NCBI GenBank assembly: GCA_035430005.1
Contig: DAOMFV010000002.1
Coordinates: 27,283 to 91,282, forward strand
Length of the DNA stretch: 64,000 bases
Direction of reading: 5' to 3'
Source: Gemmatales bacterium
Lineage (GTDB): Bacteria > Planctomycetota > Planctomycetia > Gemmatales > HRBIN36
Shown in pieces: positions 53,115 through 63,999 of the stretch. Position 1 is the first letter of the stretch, and each line of letters starts with the position of its first letter. The notes under the pieces are model-generated. The model saw nothing but the letters and a program-made list of their open reading frames with translations, was not told where the DNA came from and did no database searches. Both the position numbers and the translations under genes were made by a program.

Positions 53115-54242
53115 TCAAGAGGTCTTGACGCTAAGCTGTTCCATCAAATGGTCATAGTCTGCCGCACGGGTTGACTGCGTGAACTCGCGCTGGTGTTGCC
53201 AAACAGATAGACAGACCCATAGCAGCAAGTCCGTGCCCAAAACACTGATGTAAAATGAATTGCCAAAGAGATTCAACAAGAAACGCCCAATTTGCCAAGG
53301 ACGAAAGAGGGAAGTTCTTGAATCAAAGCCGATCAGGTGCAGTCCAGAGATTTCCCATGTTGCGGCATATCCGATCAGAAGCGCCAACGAAGTGATGAAC
53401 ATGATCCAGACGAAGTTCTGAACACGTGACAGCTCCCTTAGATCTTCTGAAGTACAAAGAGGGCGGGTGAAAGTTGACGCCCGCACGAGGTAAATCAGCG
53501 GAGCCGCCAGCCAGAGCATCATGCCGGCCACTAACAGGGGGCTCGGGGCAATCTGTGTCAATGCGACAACGACGACGAGGACGAGCAAACTATTAAATGG
53601 GGCGGCCATCACCAGAAACCAGCCTGGCAGGATCGATTCCGGCAAGAGCCGCTTGATACTGATGCAGGCTCGCATCATTCCGGGGACGAGTGCCAGTACG
53701 GCTGGGCTGAGCACGACGATGTAGTAGTAACCCCAAACCAACCCTTCAGTTATTCGACTATACTGTCGCGCGAGGCTGGCCTCGTAGGTCTGAGCCGGTG
53801 GTGGTTCGACAGACCACCAATCCCACGGCGTCAAGGCGATGGCGACCGGGACCAGGAACGACGCAGCCCAACCAATCAGGAGGATATTGCGGGATCTCCG
53901 CGGCTTTGCCCAATTGACAGCTGCCAGCAGGGCCGCTACCGGCATGACGTAAAACGACAGCCCCCACGCCAGATCGCCCAAGTCGCCGAAAAGTGACTGC
54001 GCCGGTGCAGGCGTCTCAGGCTCCAGCCAGATGACAAATTTGAAAGAAGGGCGTGATCCGTTAATGAGCTTGGCGGTCGTATCGATGATCGCCGTTAAGG
54101 CTGTGAAGATCAGAACGAGAATCAACATACTCCGCCGCCAGGCGAAGTGACGCTGCATAACGATGTCGGCGGTCTGCGGTTCGTCCAGGTTACGCCGGGA
54201 TGCTAAGAGCGGTTGTAGCAGCCAACCAAGAGGCTTGATCAT
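53115..54242 (-). CDS. Multi-pass membrane protein of unknown function
   Basis: About 8 hydrophobic segments. Confidence 0.7.
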   Translation of the reverse strand: MIKPLGWLLQPLLASRRNLDEPQTADIVMQRHFAWRRSMLILVLIFTALTAIIDTTAKLINGSRPSFKFVIWLEPETPAPAQSLFGDLGDLAWGLSFYVMPVAALLAAVNWAKPRRSRNILLIGWAASFLVPVAIALTPWDWWSVEPPPAQTYEASLARQYSRITEGLVWGYYYIVVLSPAVLALVPGMMRACISIKRLLPESILPGWFLVMAAPFNSLLVLVVVVALTQIAPSPLLVAGMMLWLAAPLIYLVRASTFTRPLCTSEDLRELSRVQNFVWIMFITSLALLIGYAATWEISGLHLIGFDSRTSLFRPWQIGRFLLNLFGNSFYISVLGTDLLLWVCLSVWQHQREFTQSTRAADYDHLMEQLSVKTS

Positions 54243-54374
54243 GGAGATGTCACCGTGAGACTCGGTTAGCATAGAAAATTGGCAGTGGTGCTGCTGCGCC
54301 AACCACGATGATTGGAGATGAATTGCAAACCTTGCTTCGAAGTGTACAATCTGGGTTTCTACTCTTGGTGCATC

Positions 54375-55556
54375 ATGATGCCACTGCGAATCACCAGTCT
54401 GGCTCTGGTCTCAATCTTCTTTATTGCGACGACGCTCCTCGGTCAGGAGACCCGGCCCTATCTCATGCTTTCCTTCGATGACAAGGGGAAGCTGGAAGAA
54501 CAGAGGGCCTGGACCACTTTCAAGACTGAACTCAAGGCACGCCCTCCCGAGCACATTTTTTTCCTCGTTCACGGATGGAGAAAGTCCAAGGGGAACGCCG
54601 ACGAGACCTTTACATCCCTGGCCAAGCTATTGCATGATCAGCGCAAGGAGAACGAATCCATCGCTGTCATCGGAGTTCGCTGGCCTTCCCTGATCGGCGA
54701 GACGGAAAGTGTAACCGACCAGCGATTCAAGACGCTGGCGAACGCCATGGGAGCAGCAATGGCGAGTTCGACCACCATTCAGGAACAGCAGGTCAGGCTC
54801 AAGAACTTCTTGAAGAAGCCCGGCACACGATCTCTGGCGTCCTTTTCTCTCGGCCTGATACTTCCGGATGATGATCAAATTGACGCCATGATAGACCAGT
54901 TGCAGGAATCGGAGAACGTCGAAAAACTCTTGACCGCCTTTTCCTATTACGCCATGAAGAAACGAGCTGAGGTCGTCGGCTCCACGGGCCTGGCACCCCG
55001 TCTTACAGAGCTACAGGAAGCGTTGCCGTTGGCGCGCGTCCACCTGGTTGGACACAGTTTCGGCTGCAAGGTCTGTCTGGCGAGTATCGGCGCTGACAGC
55101 AGAACCGACCAACAGATTGATTCGATGACGCTCATCCAGGCGGCAGTGTCAGATCTGTGCTTTGCACCGACTATCAAGGAACTGGAAAACACACCTGCCG
55201 GTGCCTACGCCGAAGCGCCCCGACGTGTCAAAGGGCCGATAGCTGTCACCTACTCACGGAAGGATAAGGCACTGACGATCGCCTATCTGGTGGCTTCACA
55301 GATCGCCGGGCAGGTCGGAGAACTGCCCGGCCGACGAATGCTGGCTAATTCTGAACTCTACGGCGCTCTCGGGGCCAATGGAATAGTTGCTGTGCCGAAC
55401 GTCCCACAGATCGTTCTGGGCAAGACCGGCACCACTTACGCCCTTCAGTCCGGTCTCAACTCCATCGATGCCAACGATGTCATTCTACATCATGGCGATA
55501 TTCGCCGAAGCGAAGTCGCCTGGTTGGTTTGGGCCACGGCTCGATGCGGGCGCTGA
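54375..55556 (+). CDS. Secreted alpha/beta hydrolase-fold protein
   Basis: Signal peptide; FLVHGW, HLVGHSFG nucleophile elbow. Confidence 0.78.
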   Translation: MMPLRITSLALVSIFFIATTLLGQETRPYLMLSFDDKGKLEEQRAWTTFKTELKARPPEHIFFLVHGWRKSKGNADETFTSLAKLLHDQRKENESIAVIGVRWPSLIGETESVTDQRFKTLANAMGAAMASSTTIQEQQVRLKNFLKKPGTRSLASFSLGLILPDDDQIDAMIDQLQESENVEKLLTAFSYYAMKKRAEVVGSTGLAPRLTELQEALPLARVHLVGHSFGCKVCLASIGADSRTDQQIDSMTLIQAAVSDLCFAPTIKELENTPAGAYAEAPRRVKGPIAVTYSRKDKALTIAYLVASQIAGQVGELPGRRMLANSELYGALGANGIVAVPNVPQIVLGKTGTTYALQSGLNSIDANDVILHHGDIRRSEVAWLVWATARCGR

Positions 55557-55651
55557 CCAACGCCAAACTCAACTCACCAGAGTTCCAGTACTGACTAACC
55601 GGGACTCTGGGGAGTTGTCGGATGGATTGCGGGTAGGCAACACCATTTTCA

Positions 55652-58600
55652 TTACACCTTCAAAGTAATGTCGCTGGTCATGGATGATCCATCCTTGGCG
55701 CTAATCGTCACCCGCAACAGATAGGTACCCGATGCGCTAAGGAAGACCGTCGTCTTTTTCGCCACGTTCGTCTTGTTGGGAGTGAAGGTTGCTGTAGCTC
55801 CATTTGGTCCATTTACCTGCGACCACGTGTAGTTCCAGGTTGCTTCTCCGTAGAGACCAGCGGTATCAACACGCAAGGAAGCGGTCTTGTTGGTAATCGC
55901 CGACGCTGTCACCAGTGGCACCGTTCCTCGGAAGTTGAAGGGGCCGACCAGGCCAGTAGTGTCAGGCGGTATCTTGGAATCGAGAATGAGCGAGTTTTCA
56001 GAGGGGATTGGCAGGTCAACTCTAGTCCCGAGTGGAATGCCAGGGCCGTAGACAAGCGCACCAGGTCCTACGTCGGGGTCGCCGCCATGCACCAGCAAGC
56101 CAACATTGATCGGGTCGGATGTAGGCGGCAATACTGTCGTGCCAAGATTGATGATTTTCTTCTTCCCGTTAAATTCGCCGCCGTTAATCGTGACGATTTG
56201 CCCCTGCGTGGCGTTCACCGGGCCATACGTTGTCGCCCATGTCCATTCAGCCTTCTGTGGGAGCCTGTCCACGCCGCCAACATCGATGGAAAGCTTCGTA
56301 GCTCCGGGGGCGCCCACATCTGCCACGTCGTCGTCAAGGGAGAACCCGTAGCCGGACAGGCCCAACTGCTTGTGAACAAACCACACAAACGGATCGAGGT
56401 TGAGAATGTTGTAGGTCGCGTTCTTCATACCGGTGCCGGTATCGATCCGCTGCCCCGTCTTGTCCCCTGTCAGGGATGGATCCGGATACCACTTTCCACT
56501 GCTCTCCGGCACCTGGTTGAAATCCGATATGCCGCGCAGTACGGACTTGATCAGAGTGCGGATCTGGTTGGCTATGCCGTGGAAGCCTTCCTTGTCGAGG
56601 TTGTACTTCTTTTCGCCGGCGGAAACGCCAATGTCCTTGATGAACCCGATATTTCCGCCAATACAGTTGGTCAGAACCTGAAGCCAGTCGGGTCCCTGGT
56701 TCTGGAACAGCGGGATCGTGTTCATGCATTCCATCAACTGATAGACAGATCGGGCAAACTTCTCAGCTTCAGCAGCGTCCTTGGCAAATTTGGAGTCGCT
56801 GGAATAGGCGATATCAAAAGTCGTCACTCCCTTGTCTACTGGAGTCAACATTACCGGCAAAGTGCAGGTGAACGTAAGGTTTTGACCATTGTTCCTGCCG
56901 ATGGGGCGTTTGCTCAAGAAGACGGTTGTGTTGGTACCATCGTAGGCAAGGGAAAGAATGGTGACCCTGACGTTCGGATCATCCGAGGACGCCTCTGGAA
57001 AGATCTTGGCCGTCTGAGATGTGATTACCATTCCCGGCGCCAGCATCTTGGTAAGATCACCAGCGACCGTGATCTGATTCGTCGGCTTCTTATCCGAAGG
57101 GTCTTCCGAAATAGTGCCAGTGATGTTCTTAGTATAGCCCTGGCCGAAACTCTTCGTCACGGCATCAACGTAGTGCTTTGCCCACGAGTACCAGATATTA
57201 GCCAGTTTGGTGCTGGCATAATCGGAGACGGTCCTGGTGAAGGTGAATCCATACCCAACCCCTTCATCGAGTCCATTAGCCTGGTCCAACGTCACCACGA
57301 GGCGATAAGCTCCCGCGTAGAGGAATACCTTGCCGACTGCCGTGACCTTGCCTTTCAACGTAATATCCGGGTCGCCGCCGAGCTTTGCTGTTATCGTCCA
57401 ATCGCTCTTCCCGGAATCCAATTGCGCGGCGATGCTCTGACATTCCTCAAGCGACTTGCCAATGGGGAAATTAATCCACAGTTGTTTCTCATTCGCTTCT
57501 TGAGGCGACTGTGGCGGCGCATAGGGGCCGGCATTTCCCCCAAGGGGGATGCTGGCGTCGGTGGTGCCGCCACTGGTGATCATGAACCTTGAGTTGTTGT
57601 AACTGGATTTGGGGCCAGTCGATCCGGCAGCGGCCTTGAATGGGCTCAGCCCAGGCAGATTCTGGCCGGAAGGCAGCTTGATGCCGGAAAGGACAGAGTT
57701 GGGGTTGTAGAATTCGGGGTAACCATTGCCATTGGGGTTATTCTGGTTGGCGAAATAGAGCCCGAGGCCGTTGTTATTCTTACCCGCTGTATTGGGAAGC
57801 GTAAACTGCTTGATGGCAGCTTGTAACTGCTCAAAGGTTTGCGCTGCCCCGGTCCAACCAAAGGCGGCCGTGGGTGTCGGGTGGGTGAAGAAGTAATCGC
57901 TCGATGCGGGGGGATTCGGATTCGCGCTCTTGCTCAGAGTGACAATCGTTTTGCCGGGTATCGTCTTGTCATCCACGGTGTCAATCGTCGTACCCTGTGG
58001 AAGCGCTCCGGCGGCAGAAGTGACCACCATTCCCTTGAAAAGCAGATTACTCAGGTTCGGAGTGTCGAGTGTAAGTACATTCGTGCTGATGCCGCCTGCA
58101 TACCTTTGAGGCGGATATGGCTGAACGTCTGTGGTTTCCATGGCGACCGGAAGCACAATGGAATCGACGTACGAGACGTCATAATTGATCAGGGTCTGTT
58201 TCTCGGAGGTGGCAATCTCATCGTGTGTTTTGAAATTGGTGTCACCCATGATCGGGTCGCGAACGGTAAACTCGGTCAACTGTGTCGGGGCATCCAGTCC
58301 AATCTGCTCGGCGAATCCGCTGGTCTTGGCACGGGCGTGATACCACATGATTCGTCCCATGCTGCCGTCGATGCTCGAATCCTCCATGTAGCGCTTGGTC
58401 GAAGTCCCGGAGAAGGGATCAATGTCATAGTACTTGAACGGGTTCGGGAAGGGATTGGCAACACCCGTGGGCGTGATGAGGTACTGGGCATCAGTCGTGA
58501 TGTGCATTCGTCCGGCATCCCAGAAGACCAGAGGAACCTGGAAAGTAAACGATTCGCCAGGTCTTAGTCCCAGATAAAACTTACCTGTCGTGGGATCCTT

Positions 58601-60151
58601 GTACCCGATGTAGCCTCGGTATTCCTGGTTCAACGGATCATAGGGATCGTACAGCCCGCTAATCTTGTCTTTTGCTGCGCTGGAGTTCGCATCCTCCAGG
58701 ATCGGGTAAATCGTCAGGTGGCTCGAATTGTAGAGCGTGAACGTCTTCATCGGGATGACCGGATCGGTCGGGAGATTGGGCTTCAAGTAGAGTACCTCAT
58801 TGAAGCCATTGACTACCTTGTTGTCGCTGGTGATAGTGGGCATGAACGGATCGCCATAGCGCTGCATGCCGATCCCCTGAGCAACCGTGCCGATCTTTCC
58901 GTCCCAAACGACGACATACCCATCCGGACCTTGTGCCCGAATTGTGGGATTCGTCTGCGTGCCGTCGAGGGTGGTGTTCACCATCCGTTCACCGAATCGT
59001 GGTGTGCCGTCAGAATTGTATTCTCGTTGATAGATCCCATCTCCGCTCTGGACGCTCCGCCAAGCGACCACAAAGCCACCGTCGTTCATCGCCGCGATGG
59101 ACGGATCTGACTGATTACCGAGCGTTGTTTCGTTCACGATAATCTTGGCACCCAGCGGCTTTCCGTCCGGGCTGAAGCGTCTAGCCAGAATACCAGTGCC
59201 ATACGGGCTCCCGGTGGTATCCCTGACTTGCCAGGCAATGATCACTTGAGTTTGGGAGCGGGTCATGGATGGCTGGCTATTCGTCAGGCCTGTTACTGCA
59301 TCACTCACCCGGAACTCAATGGTCCCTACTTTGACACCGGCGCTGGTGAACTGACGTGAAAAGATTCCGTTCTCATCACCAGGCCCGTTACCGCTCCAGG
59401 CCACCTGAAACCCTCCGTTGGGAAGCGATATCACCGTGGGATGCCCCTTGGCACCCGTCAACGTTTCCGGCACACGAATTTCGGCCGATACGGCTGCTCC
59501 CGTAGCGTCAAATAATCGCACAAACACCGTTTGCGTTTCCCCTTGGCCGGCACCGGACCAGGCAACCACGAACCGGTTTGCCGAAATCCATTCCACTGCG
59601 GAATCCTTCTGGTCTCCCGTGGTGGACGTATTCACCCGGAACGCATCGGACAGCGGGGTTCCATCTGTTGCAAACACTCGGGCAAAGACTCCCGAACCGC
59701 TGATATCCCCGCCGTTGCCGGTGCTCGTCCAGGTAACGACGAACTTATCCGTTTCCTGGCTGTTTGCCTTTCGGTATACTGCCACGTTGGCATTACCTCG
59801 AGTGGTGTCGGACGCGCCGCCCACCACGAATTCGGTTCCCAACTTCGTGCCGTCTTCTCCGACGCGTTGACCAACAATGCCCTTGGTCGAATCGGCCCAG
59901 GCTACGATGGCCGTTCCGTCGCTCGTGACGTCCATGGAGCGATCATTGTTGACATCGAACGACTGTTTGCCGACAAGACTTGTGTTCACCAGGAGTTCGT
60001 TGCCGATAACGCTGCTCGACAGCACCAAGCGGTCTTCCAGCAGCCAGTCCTGCGACAACAGGATTGACCTGGGTTTGCGCCGGGTCTTTGAGGACTTGCG
60101 AGCAGTTCCCTTGCCTTGATTTAGCCACGACAGCAATTGTTCAACCAACAT
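55652..60151 (-). CDS. Large extracellular protein with planctomycete-type N-terminal motif, beta-repeat region and C-terminal PKD/Ig-like domain
   Basis: LLEDRLVLS; repeated VNT.T.G.Q..P / FVV.W units; NYDVSYVD and YGFSLDDD; WSQVNGP...GTYLLRVT. Confidence 0.75.
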   Translation of the reverse strand: MLVEQLLSWLNQGKGTARKSSKTRRKPRSILLSQDWLLEDRLVLSSSVIGNELLVNTSLVGKQSFDVNNDRSMDVTSDGTAIVAWADSTKGIVGQRVGEDGTKLGTEFVVGGASDTTRGNANVAVYRKANSQETDKFVVTWTSTGNGGDISGSGVFARVFATDGTPLSDAFRVNTSTTGDQKDSAVEWISANRFVVAWSGAGQGETQTVFVRLFDATGAAVSAEIRVPETLTGAKGHPTVISLPNGGFQVAWSGNGPGDENGIFSRQFTSAGVKVGTIEFRVSDAVTGLTNSQPSMTRSQTQVIIAWQVRDTTGSPYGTGILARRFSPDGKPLGAKIIVNETTLGNQSDPSIAAMNDGGFVVAWRSVQSGDGIYQREYNSDGTPRFGERMVNTTLDGTQTNPTIRAQGPDGYVVVWDGKIGTVAQGIGMQRYGDPFMPTITSDNKVVNGFNEVLYLKPNLPTDPVIPMKTFTLYNSSHLTIYPILEDANSSAAKDKISGLYDPYDPLNQEYRGYIGYKDPTTGKFYLGLRPGESFTFQVPLVFWDAGRMHITTDAQYLITPTGVANPFPNPFKYYDIDPFSGTSTKRYMEDSSIDGSMGRIMWYHARAKTSGFAEQIGLDAPTQLTEFTVRDPIMGDTNFKTHDEIATSEKQTLINYDVSYVDSIVLPVAMETTDVQPYPPQRYAGGISTNVLTLDTPNLSNLLFKGMVVTSAAGALPQGTTIDTVDDKTIPGKTIVTLSKSANPNPPASSDYFFTHPTPTAAFGWTGAAQTFEQLQAAIKQFTLPNTAGKNNNGLGLYFANQNNPNGNGYPEFYNPNSVLSGIKLPSGQNLPGLSPFKAAAGSTGPKSSYNNSRFMITSGGTTDASIPLGGNAGPYAPPQSPQEANEKQLWINFPIGKSLEECQSIAAQLDSGKSDWTITAKLGGDPDITLKGKVTAVGKVFLYAGAYRLVVTLDQANGLDEGVGYGFTFTRTVSDYASTKLANIWYSWAKHYVDAVTKSFGQGYTKNITGTISEDPSDKKPTNQITVAGDLTKMLAPGMVITSQTAKIFPEASSDDPNVRVTILSLAYDGTNTTVFLSKRPIGRNNGQNLTFTCTLPVMLTPVDKGVTTFDIAYSSDSKFAKDAAEAEKFARSVYQLMECMNTIPLFQNQGPDWLQVLTNCIGGNIGFIKDIGVSAGEKKYNLDKEGFHGIANQIRTLIKSVLRGISDFNQVPESSGKWYPDPSLTGDKTGQRIDTGTGMKNATYNILNLDPFVWFVHKQLGLSGYGFSLDDDVADVGAPGATKLSIDVGGVDRLPQKAEWTWATTYGPVNATQGQIVTINGGEFNGKKKIINLGTTVLPPTSDPINVGLLVHGGDPDVGPGALVYGPGIPLGTRVDLPIPSENSLILDSKIPPDTTGLVGPFNFRGTVPLVTASAITNKTASLRVDTAGLYGEATWNYTWSQVNGPNGATATFTPNKTNVAKKTTVFLSASGTYLLRVTISAKDGSSMTSDITLKV

Positions 60152-60465
60152 TTCAAACTCCTTGACCAGTTGCGAATCAGATGATGAACGAATCAAACAC
60201 TCCCTCCACAGGGCATGATTGAATCGAGAATAAATCAACGTGAGCTATACGGGCAATACGAGGAAACCCGTTACAGATTCTTGTGTTGATTTGCGATGTT
60301 CAGCGCCATGCATTCCATTAAACGACACATTTGTGACACTGCAAGCGAAAATATCGTGATATTTCGATCTTACCTGTACAACCTGGCCGTCTAAATACTC
60401 CCGAGGCTGTTTGAAAGGGGAATCAAGGATCGCTTGAGAAAGTTGTTGCGCAAGCCCTACCACAT

Positions 60466-61806
60466 TCACAGCCTATCGTGAATCAGCTTTGCCGCGATAG
60501 TGTAATCTATTTCTTCCAGACGGTTGCAGGACGCAACCAGCAGGTTAAGGATGTTTTCTTGAATATTACCTCGTTGCTTTGCCTCTGCGTAAGGCATGGT
60601 GTGGAACATGACCATGGAATAGCGGGGAATGAACCGTGGACCGAAGCGGTCTTCCAGGACGAACGAGAGGGCCTTCTTCAGTGCGAATTTGGGATCACGA
60701 ACAGTAGCACGCATCTCTACATAGTTCTCTAATGCCATCTCTGCAATGGCATCAGCATTAGGTTTCCGTAGGGCAAAGAAACGAGCAAAGAGTTGTTCCC
60801 AGTCGTCGTCCCAGTGATTGAGACATTCATCCAAAGCGACGGTATCCTCAAATCCACAGTTCATCCCCTGGCCGTGAAAGGGGACGATAGCATGCGCCGC
60901 ATCGCCCAGAAGGAGCGCCTGGTCACGGTAGTGCCAGGTATCAGAACGAATGGTGCCCAATGTTCCCAGGGGGTTAGCCAGGAACTGCGTAGTAAGATCA
61001 GGCATGAGAGCCTGGGCATCTGGAAAATAGCGAGAGAAGAAGGAGTTCACTGCTCCGGCTGAGGTCAAAGTGGCGAAGCTCTCAGTTCCGGTATTGGGCA
61101 GAAAAAGCGTCAGTGTGAACGAGGCATCCGGGTTTGGCAAAGCGATCAGCATGAACTCGCCGCGTGGCCAGATGTGCAGCGAGCGGTTATCCATACGAAA
61201 CCCGCCCTGCGAATCGGGCAGGATACACAGTTCCTTGTACCCATGGCCCAAAGGGGATTCAACAGCATGGCCGCCCGTCGCTCGAATGATGGCTTCCCGT
61301 ACACGAGAGGCGGAACCATCAGTGCCGATAACTCTTTCAAACGGCTGATTGTGTTGAGTGCCGCTGGTCTCGTCGATCAACTGAAGAATATTCGTTGCAA
61401 AATCGACATCCAGGCAGTTCCGCTGAAACTGAATGTTTACCCCTTCAACTTCAGCCAGATCGAGCAGCCGTTGATTCAGGCCACCACGAGATACCGAATA
61501 AATGACTTCTTCGGGACGATGGCCATACGGCAGGAACGAGGTTTGTCCCTGCTCATCGTGCAGCATGCGGCCGGCCATAGGAAGCAGGACAGGTCGGATA
61601 GCGTCCAGCAAGCCTGCTCGTTCCAGAGCAGCCAGGCCCCGGTTGGCGAGAGCCAGGTTAATCGAACGGCCAGCAGAGATGTTAGCTTTGCGAAGATCAG
61701 CGCGCCGTTCATAGATCGTTACCTGGTAACCCCGCCTGGCGAGGAACACCGACAGCAAACTTCCCACGAGGCCGGCCCCGATGAGGGTGATAGTGCCGCT
61801 TTTCAT
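60466..61806 (-). CDS. kmo: Kynurenine 3-monooxygenase
   Basis: GAGLVG, GRSINLALA.RG, IWPRG, GDAAHAIVPFHGQGMNCGFED. Confidence 0.92.
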   Translation of the reverse strand: MKSGTITLIGAGLVGSLLSVFLARRGYQVTIYERRADLRKANISAGRSINLALANRGLAALERAGLLDAIRPVLLPMAGRMLHDEQGQTSFLPYGHRPEEVIYSVSRGGLNQRLLDLAEVEGVNIQFQRNCLDVDFATNILQLIDETSGTQHNQPFERVIGTDGSASRVREAIIRATGGHAVESPLGHGYKELCILPDSQGGFRMDNRSLHIWPRGEFMLIALPNPDASFTLTLFLPNTGTESFATLTSAGAVNSFFSRYFPDAQALMPDLTTQFLANPLGTLGTIRSDTWHYRDQALLLGDAAHAIVPFHGQGMNCGFEDTVALDECLNHWDDDWEQLFARFFALRKPNADAIAEMALENYVEMRATVRDPKFALKKALSFVLEDRFGPRFIPRYSMVMFHTMPYAEAKQRGNIQENILNLLVASCNRLEEIDYTIAAKLIHDRL

Positions 61807-63065
61807 AACCGACCCTTCAGCAGGTGCACAAACCGATGAACCTCTTCAAAGCTGTTGTACAGCGGAACAGGCGCCACTCGGATGACATTCGGCTCACGCC
61901 AATCACAGCCAACTCCACTTGCTTCGAGTTGCTTGTGGACTTCATCGCCAGATTTCCGCAGGCTCAACGAGAGTTGGCAGCCGCGTTGGGCGGGATCGGC
62001 TGGCGTGATAATGTCGATGTGGCCCTCACACTCAGTGTTGAGCAGATACTCGAGGTAGCCAGTCAGTTTTTCCGACTTGGACCGTAGCATAGGCATTCCA
62101 CCGGCTTCGTTGAATATCTCCAGCGAAGCACGAATGGCTGCCAAAGAGAGAATGGGTGGATTGGAAAGCTGCCAGCCTTCAGCAGTAGGAATAGGGTGGA
62201 ATTCGGAGCCCATCTCGAAGCGTGTAGCCTTGTCATGCCCCCACCAACCGGCAAACCGTGGCAGAGCGGTGTTCTTTACATGGCACTCGTGAATGAAGCA
62301 GCCGGCCACAGAACCGGCTCCAGAATTGAGATACTTGTAACTGCACCAGACTGCAAAGTCGACGTTCCAATCATGCAGGCTGAGGAGGACATTGCCCATG
62401 GCATGTGCCAGATCAAAGCCAACGACGGCACCCACGGCATGGCCGCGATTTACGATCTCAGCCATCGGCAGCATCTGGCCGGTGTAGTATTGGACGCCAG
62501 GCAACAGAATGAATGCGAGCGAACCTGCCTCCTTTTTGATCAGGCTGAACAGGTCTTCATCCCGTATCAGTTCTTCGCCGGGACGGGGCGCTATCTTGAC
62601 AAGAGCCCTGGCAGGATCTAGCCCAAGATGCCGAAGGTGAGAATCGACGGCATAGGTATCAGAAGGAAAGGCATGTTCTTCGATCAGAATCTTGTAACGA
62701 GATGTTGTCGGGCGATAGAAACTGACCATCATCAGATGCAAATTGACTGTGAGCGAGTTCATAGCCACTATTTCGCACCGCTCAGCGCCTGCCAGCGAAG
62801 CCAGTCCGTCAGTCAGGAATTCATGGTATGGCAGCCAGGGATGCTTGCCTTCGAAATGGCCTCGCACTCCCATCGCAGCCCAATCAACCAGGAACTCGTT
62901 GACATAGTTCGTGGTACGCCTGGGTTGAAGTCCCAGTGAGTTGCCGCAAAAATAGATCTCGTCCCTGCCCTGCCCGTCCCTGGGAATGTGAAACAGACCG
63001 CGAAATGGAGAAAGCACATCATCCCGATCCATTTGGCATGCAAATTCAAGGGTTCGATCAAACAT
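61803..63065 (-). CDS. kynU: Kynureninase
   Basis: YFCGNSLGLQP, FDLAHA.GN, WCSYKYLN, GWWGH. Confidence 0.95.
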   Translation of the reverse strand: MFDRTLEFACQMDRDDVLSPFRGLFHIPRDGQGRDEIYFCGNSLGLQPRRTTNYVNEFLVDWAAMGVRGHFEGKHPWLPYHEFLTDGLASLAGAERCEIVAMNSLTVNLHLMMVSFYRPTTSRYKILIEEHAFPSDTYAVDSHLRHLGLDPARALVKIAPRPGEELIRDEDLFSLIKKEAGSLAFILLPGVQYYTGQMLPMAEIVNRGHAVGAVVGFDLAHAMGNVLLSLHDWNVDFAVWCSYKYLNSGAGSVAGCFIHECHVKNTALPRFAGWWGHDKATRFEMGSEFHPIPTAEGWQLSNPPILSLAAIRASLEIFNEAGGMPMLRSKSEKLTGYLEYLLNTECEGHIDIITPADPAQRGCQLSLSLRKSGDEVHKQLEASGVGCDWREPNVIRVAPVPLYNSFEEVHRFVHLLKGRL

Positions 63066-63999
63066 TGACGAAGCGCTCCCTGGGCAGATTCAACCACTCC
63101 AGCGCGGTGCCATGAAGCAGGCGTTCCTGTGTCACCTGGTCGAACCCGGCCGATTCGATGAGCTGACCTGGTATCGATTCGCCCAGGGGGAACGGATAGT
63201 CCGTGCCCATGGCGATTCGATGAGCGCCGACATGTTCCACAAAGAATCGTAAGTAGGCGGCGTCATGAACCAGCGAATCGTAGTAAATGCGGGAGAGGTA
63301 TTCACGAGGATTGAGCTGATTTTCAACAGCACAGAGATCTGGTCGTGCGGTGAAGCCATGAGCAATGCGACCAATGGTGGCCGGAAACGATCCGCCGCCA
63401 TGGGCAAAGGCGATTCGCAAACGAGGCAACTTCTCCAGCAAGCCAGAAAAGATGACCGAACAGATAGCGAGCGCTGTTTCAGCAGGCATACCGACGAGCC
63501 AGGGCATCCAGTACTTGCCCATGCGTTCCTTGCCGAGCATTTCCCAAGGGTGGACGAAGATGCAGGCGCCCAGAGCCTCGGCAGCCTGGAAGATCGGAAA
63601 GAGCGAGGCGTCATCAAGATTGCGCCCGTTGACGTTTGTGCCGATTTGGACGCCGGACATGTTCAGTTGAAGCACACATCGTTCAAGTTCACCGATTGCC
63701 AGTTGGGCATCCTGCATGGGTAAGGTGCCCAATCCGACAAACCGTTTCGGATGATGAGAAACGACATTGGCAATGTTGTCATTGAGCATCCGGGCCAGAT
63801 CGAGCGTGTGTTCCGGCTTGGCCCAGTAGTTGAACATCACGGGCACGGTGGAAAGAACTTGAACCTGGCAGTGGTGAGGCTCGTACTCAGCCATGCGACG
63901 AACGGGATCCCAACAGTTGCTTTCGATCTCACGGAAAAACCTGCCATCCACCATCATCTTTGCCCGATCACAACCGCATGCTTCCAAATTGACAAAGCC
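63058..63999 (-). CDS. 2-amino-3-carboxymuconate-6-semialdehyde decarboxylase (ACMSD); N-terminus outside the window
   Basis: QVLSTVPVMF.Y, FVHPW, WLVGMPAET, AHGGGSF, GTDYPFPLGE; adjacent to kynU and kmo. Confidence 0.9.
   Translation of the reverse strand, partial: GFVNLEACGCDRAKMMVDGRFFREIESNCWDPVRRMAEYEPHHCQVQVLSTVPVMFNYWAKPEHTLDLARMLNDNIANVVSHHPKRFVGLGTLPMQDAQLAIGELERCVLQLNMSGVQIGTNVNGRNLDDASLFPIFQAAEALGACIFVHPWEMLGKERMGKYWMPWLVGMPAETALAICSVIFSGLLEKLPRLRIAFAHGGGSFPATIGRIAHGFTARPDLCAVENQLNPREYLSRIYYDSLVHDAAYLRFFVEHVGAHRIAMGTDYPFPLGESIPGQLIESAGFDQVTQERLLHGTALEWLNLPRERFVNV

Noticed and set aside
56087..57592. 501-aa plus-strand ORF and the many other long antisense ORFs
   Set aside because: They shadow well-supported genes on the opposite strand and show no recognisable motifs
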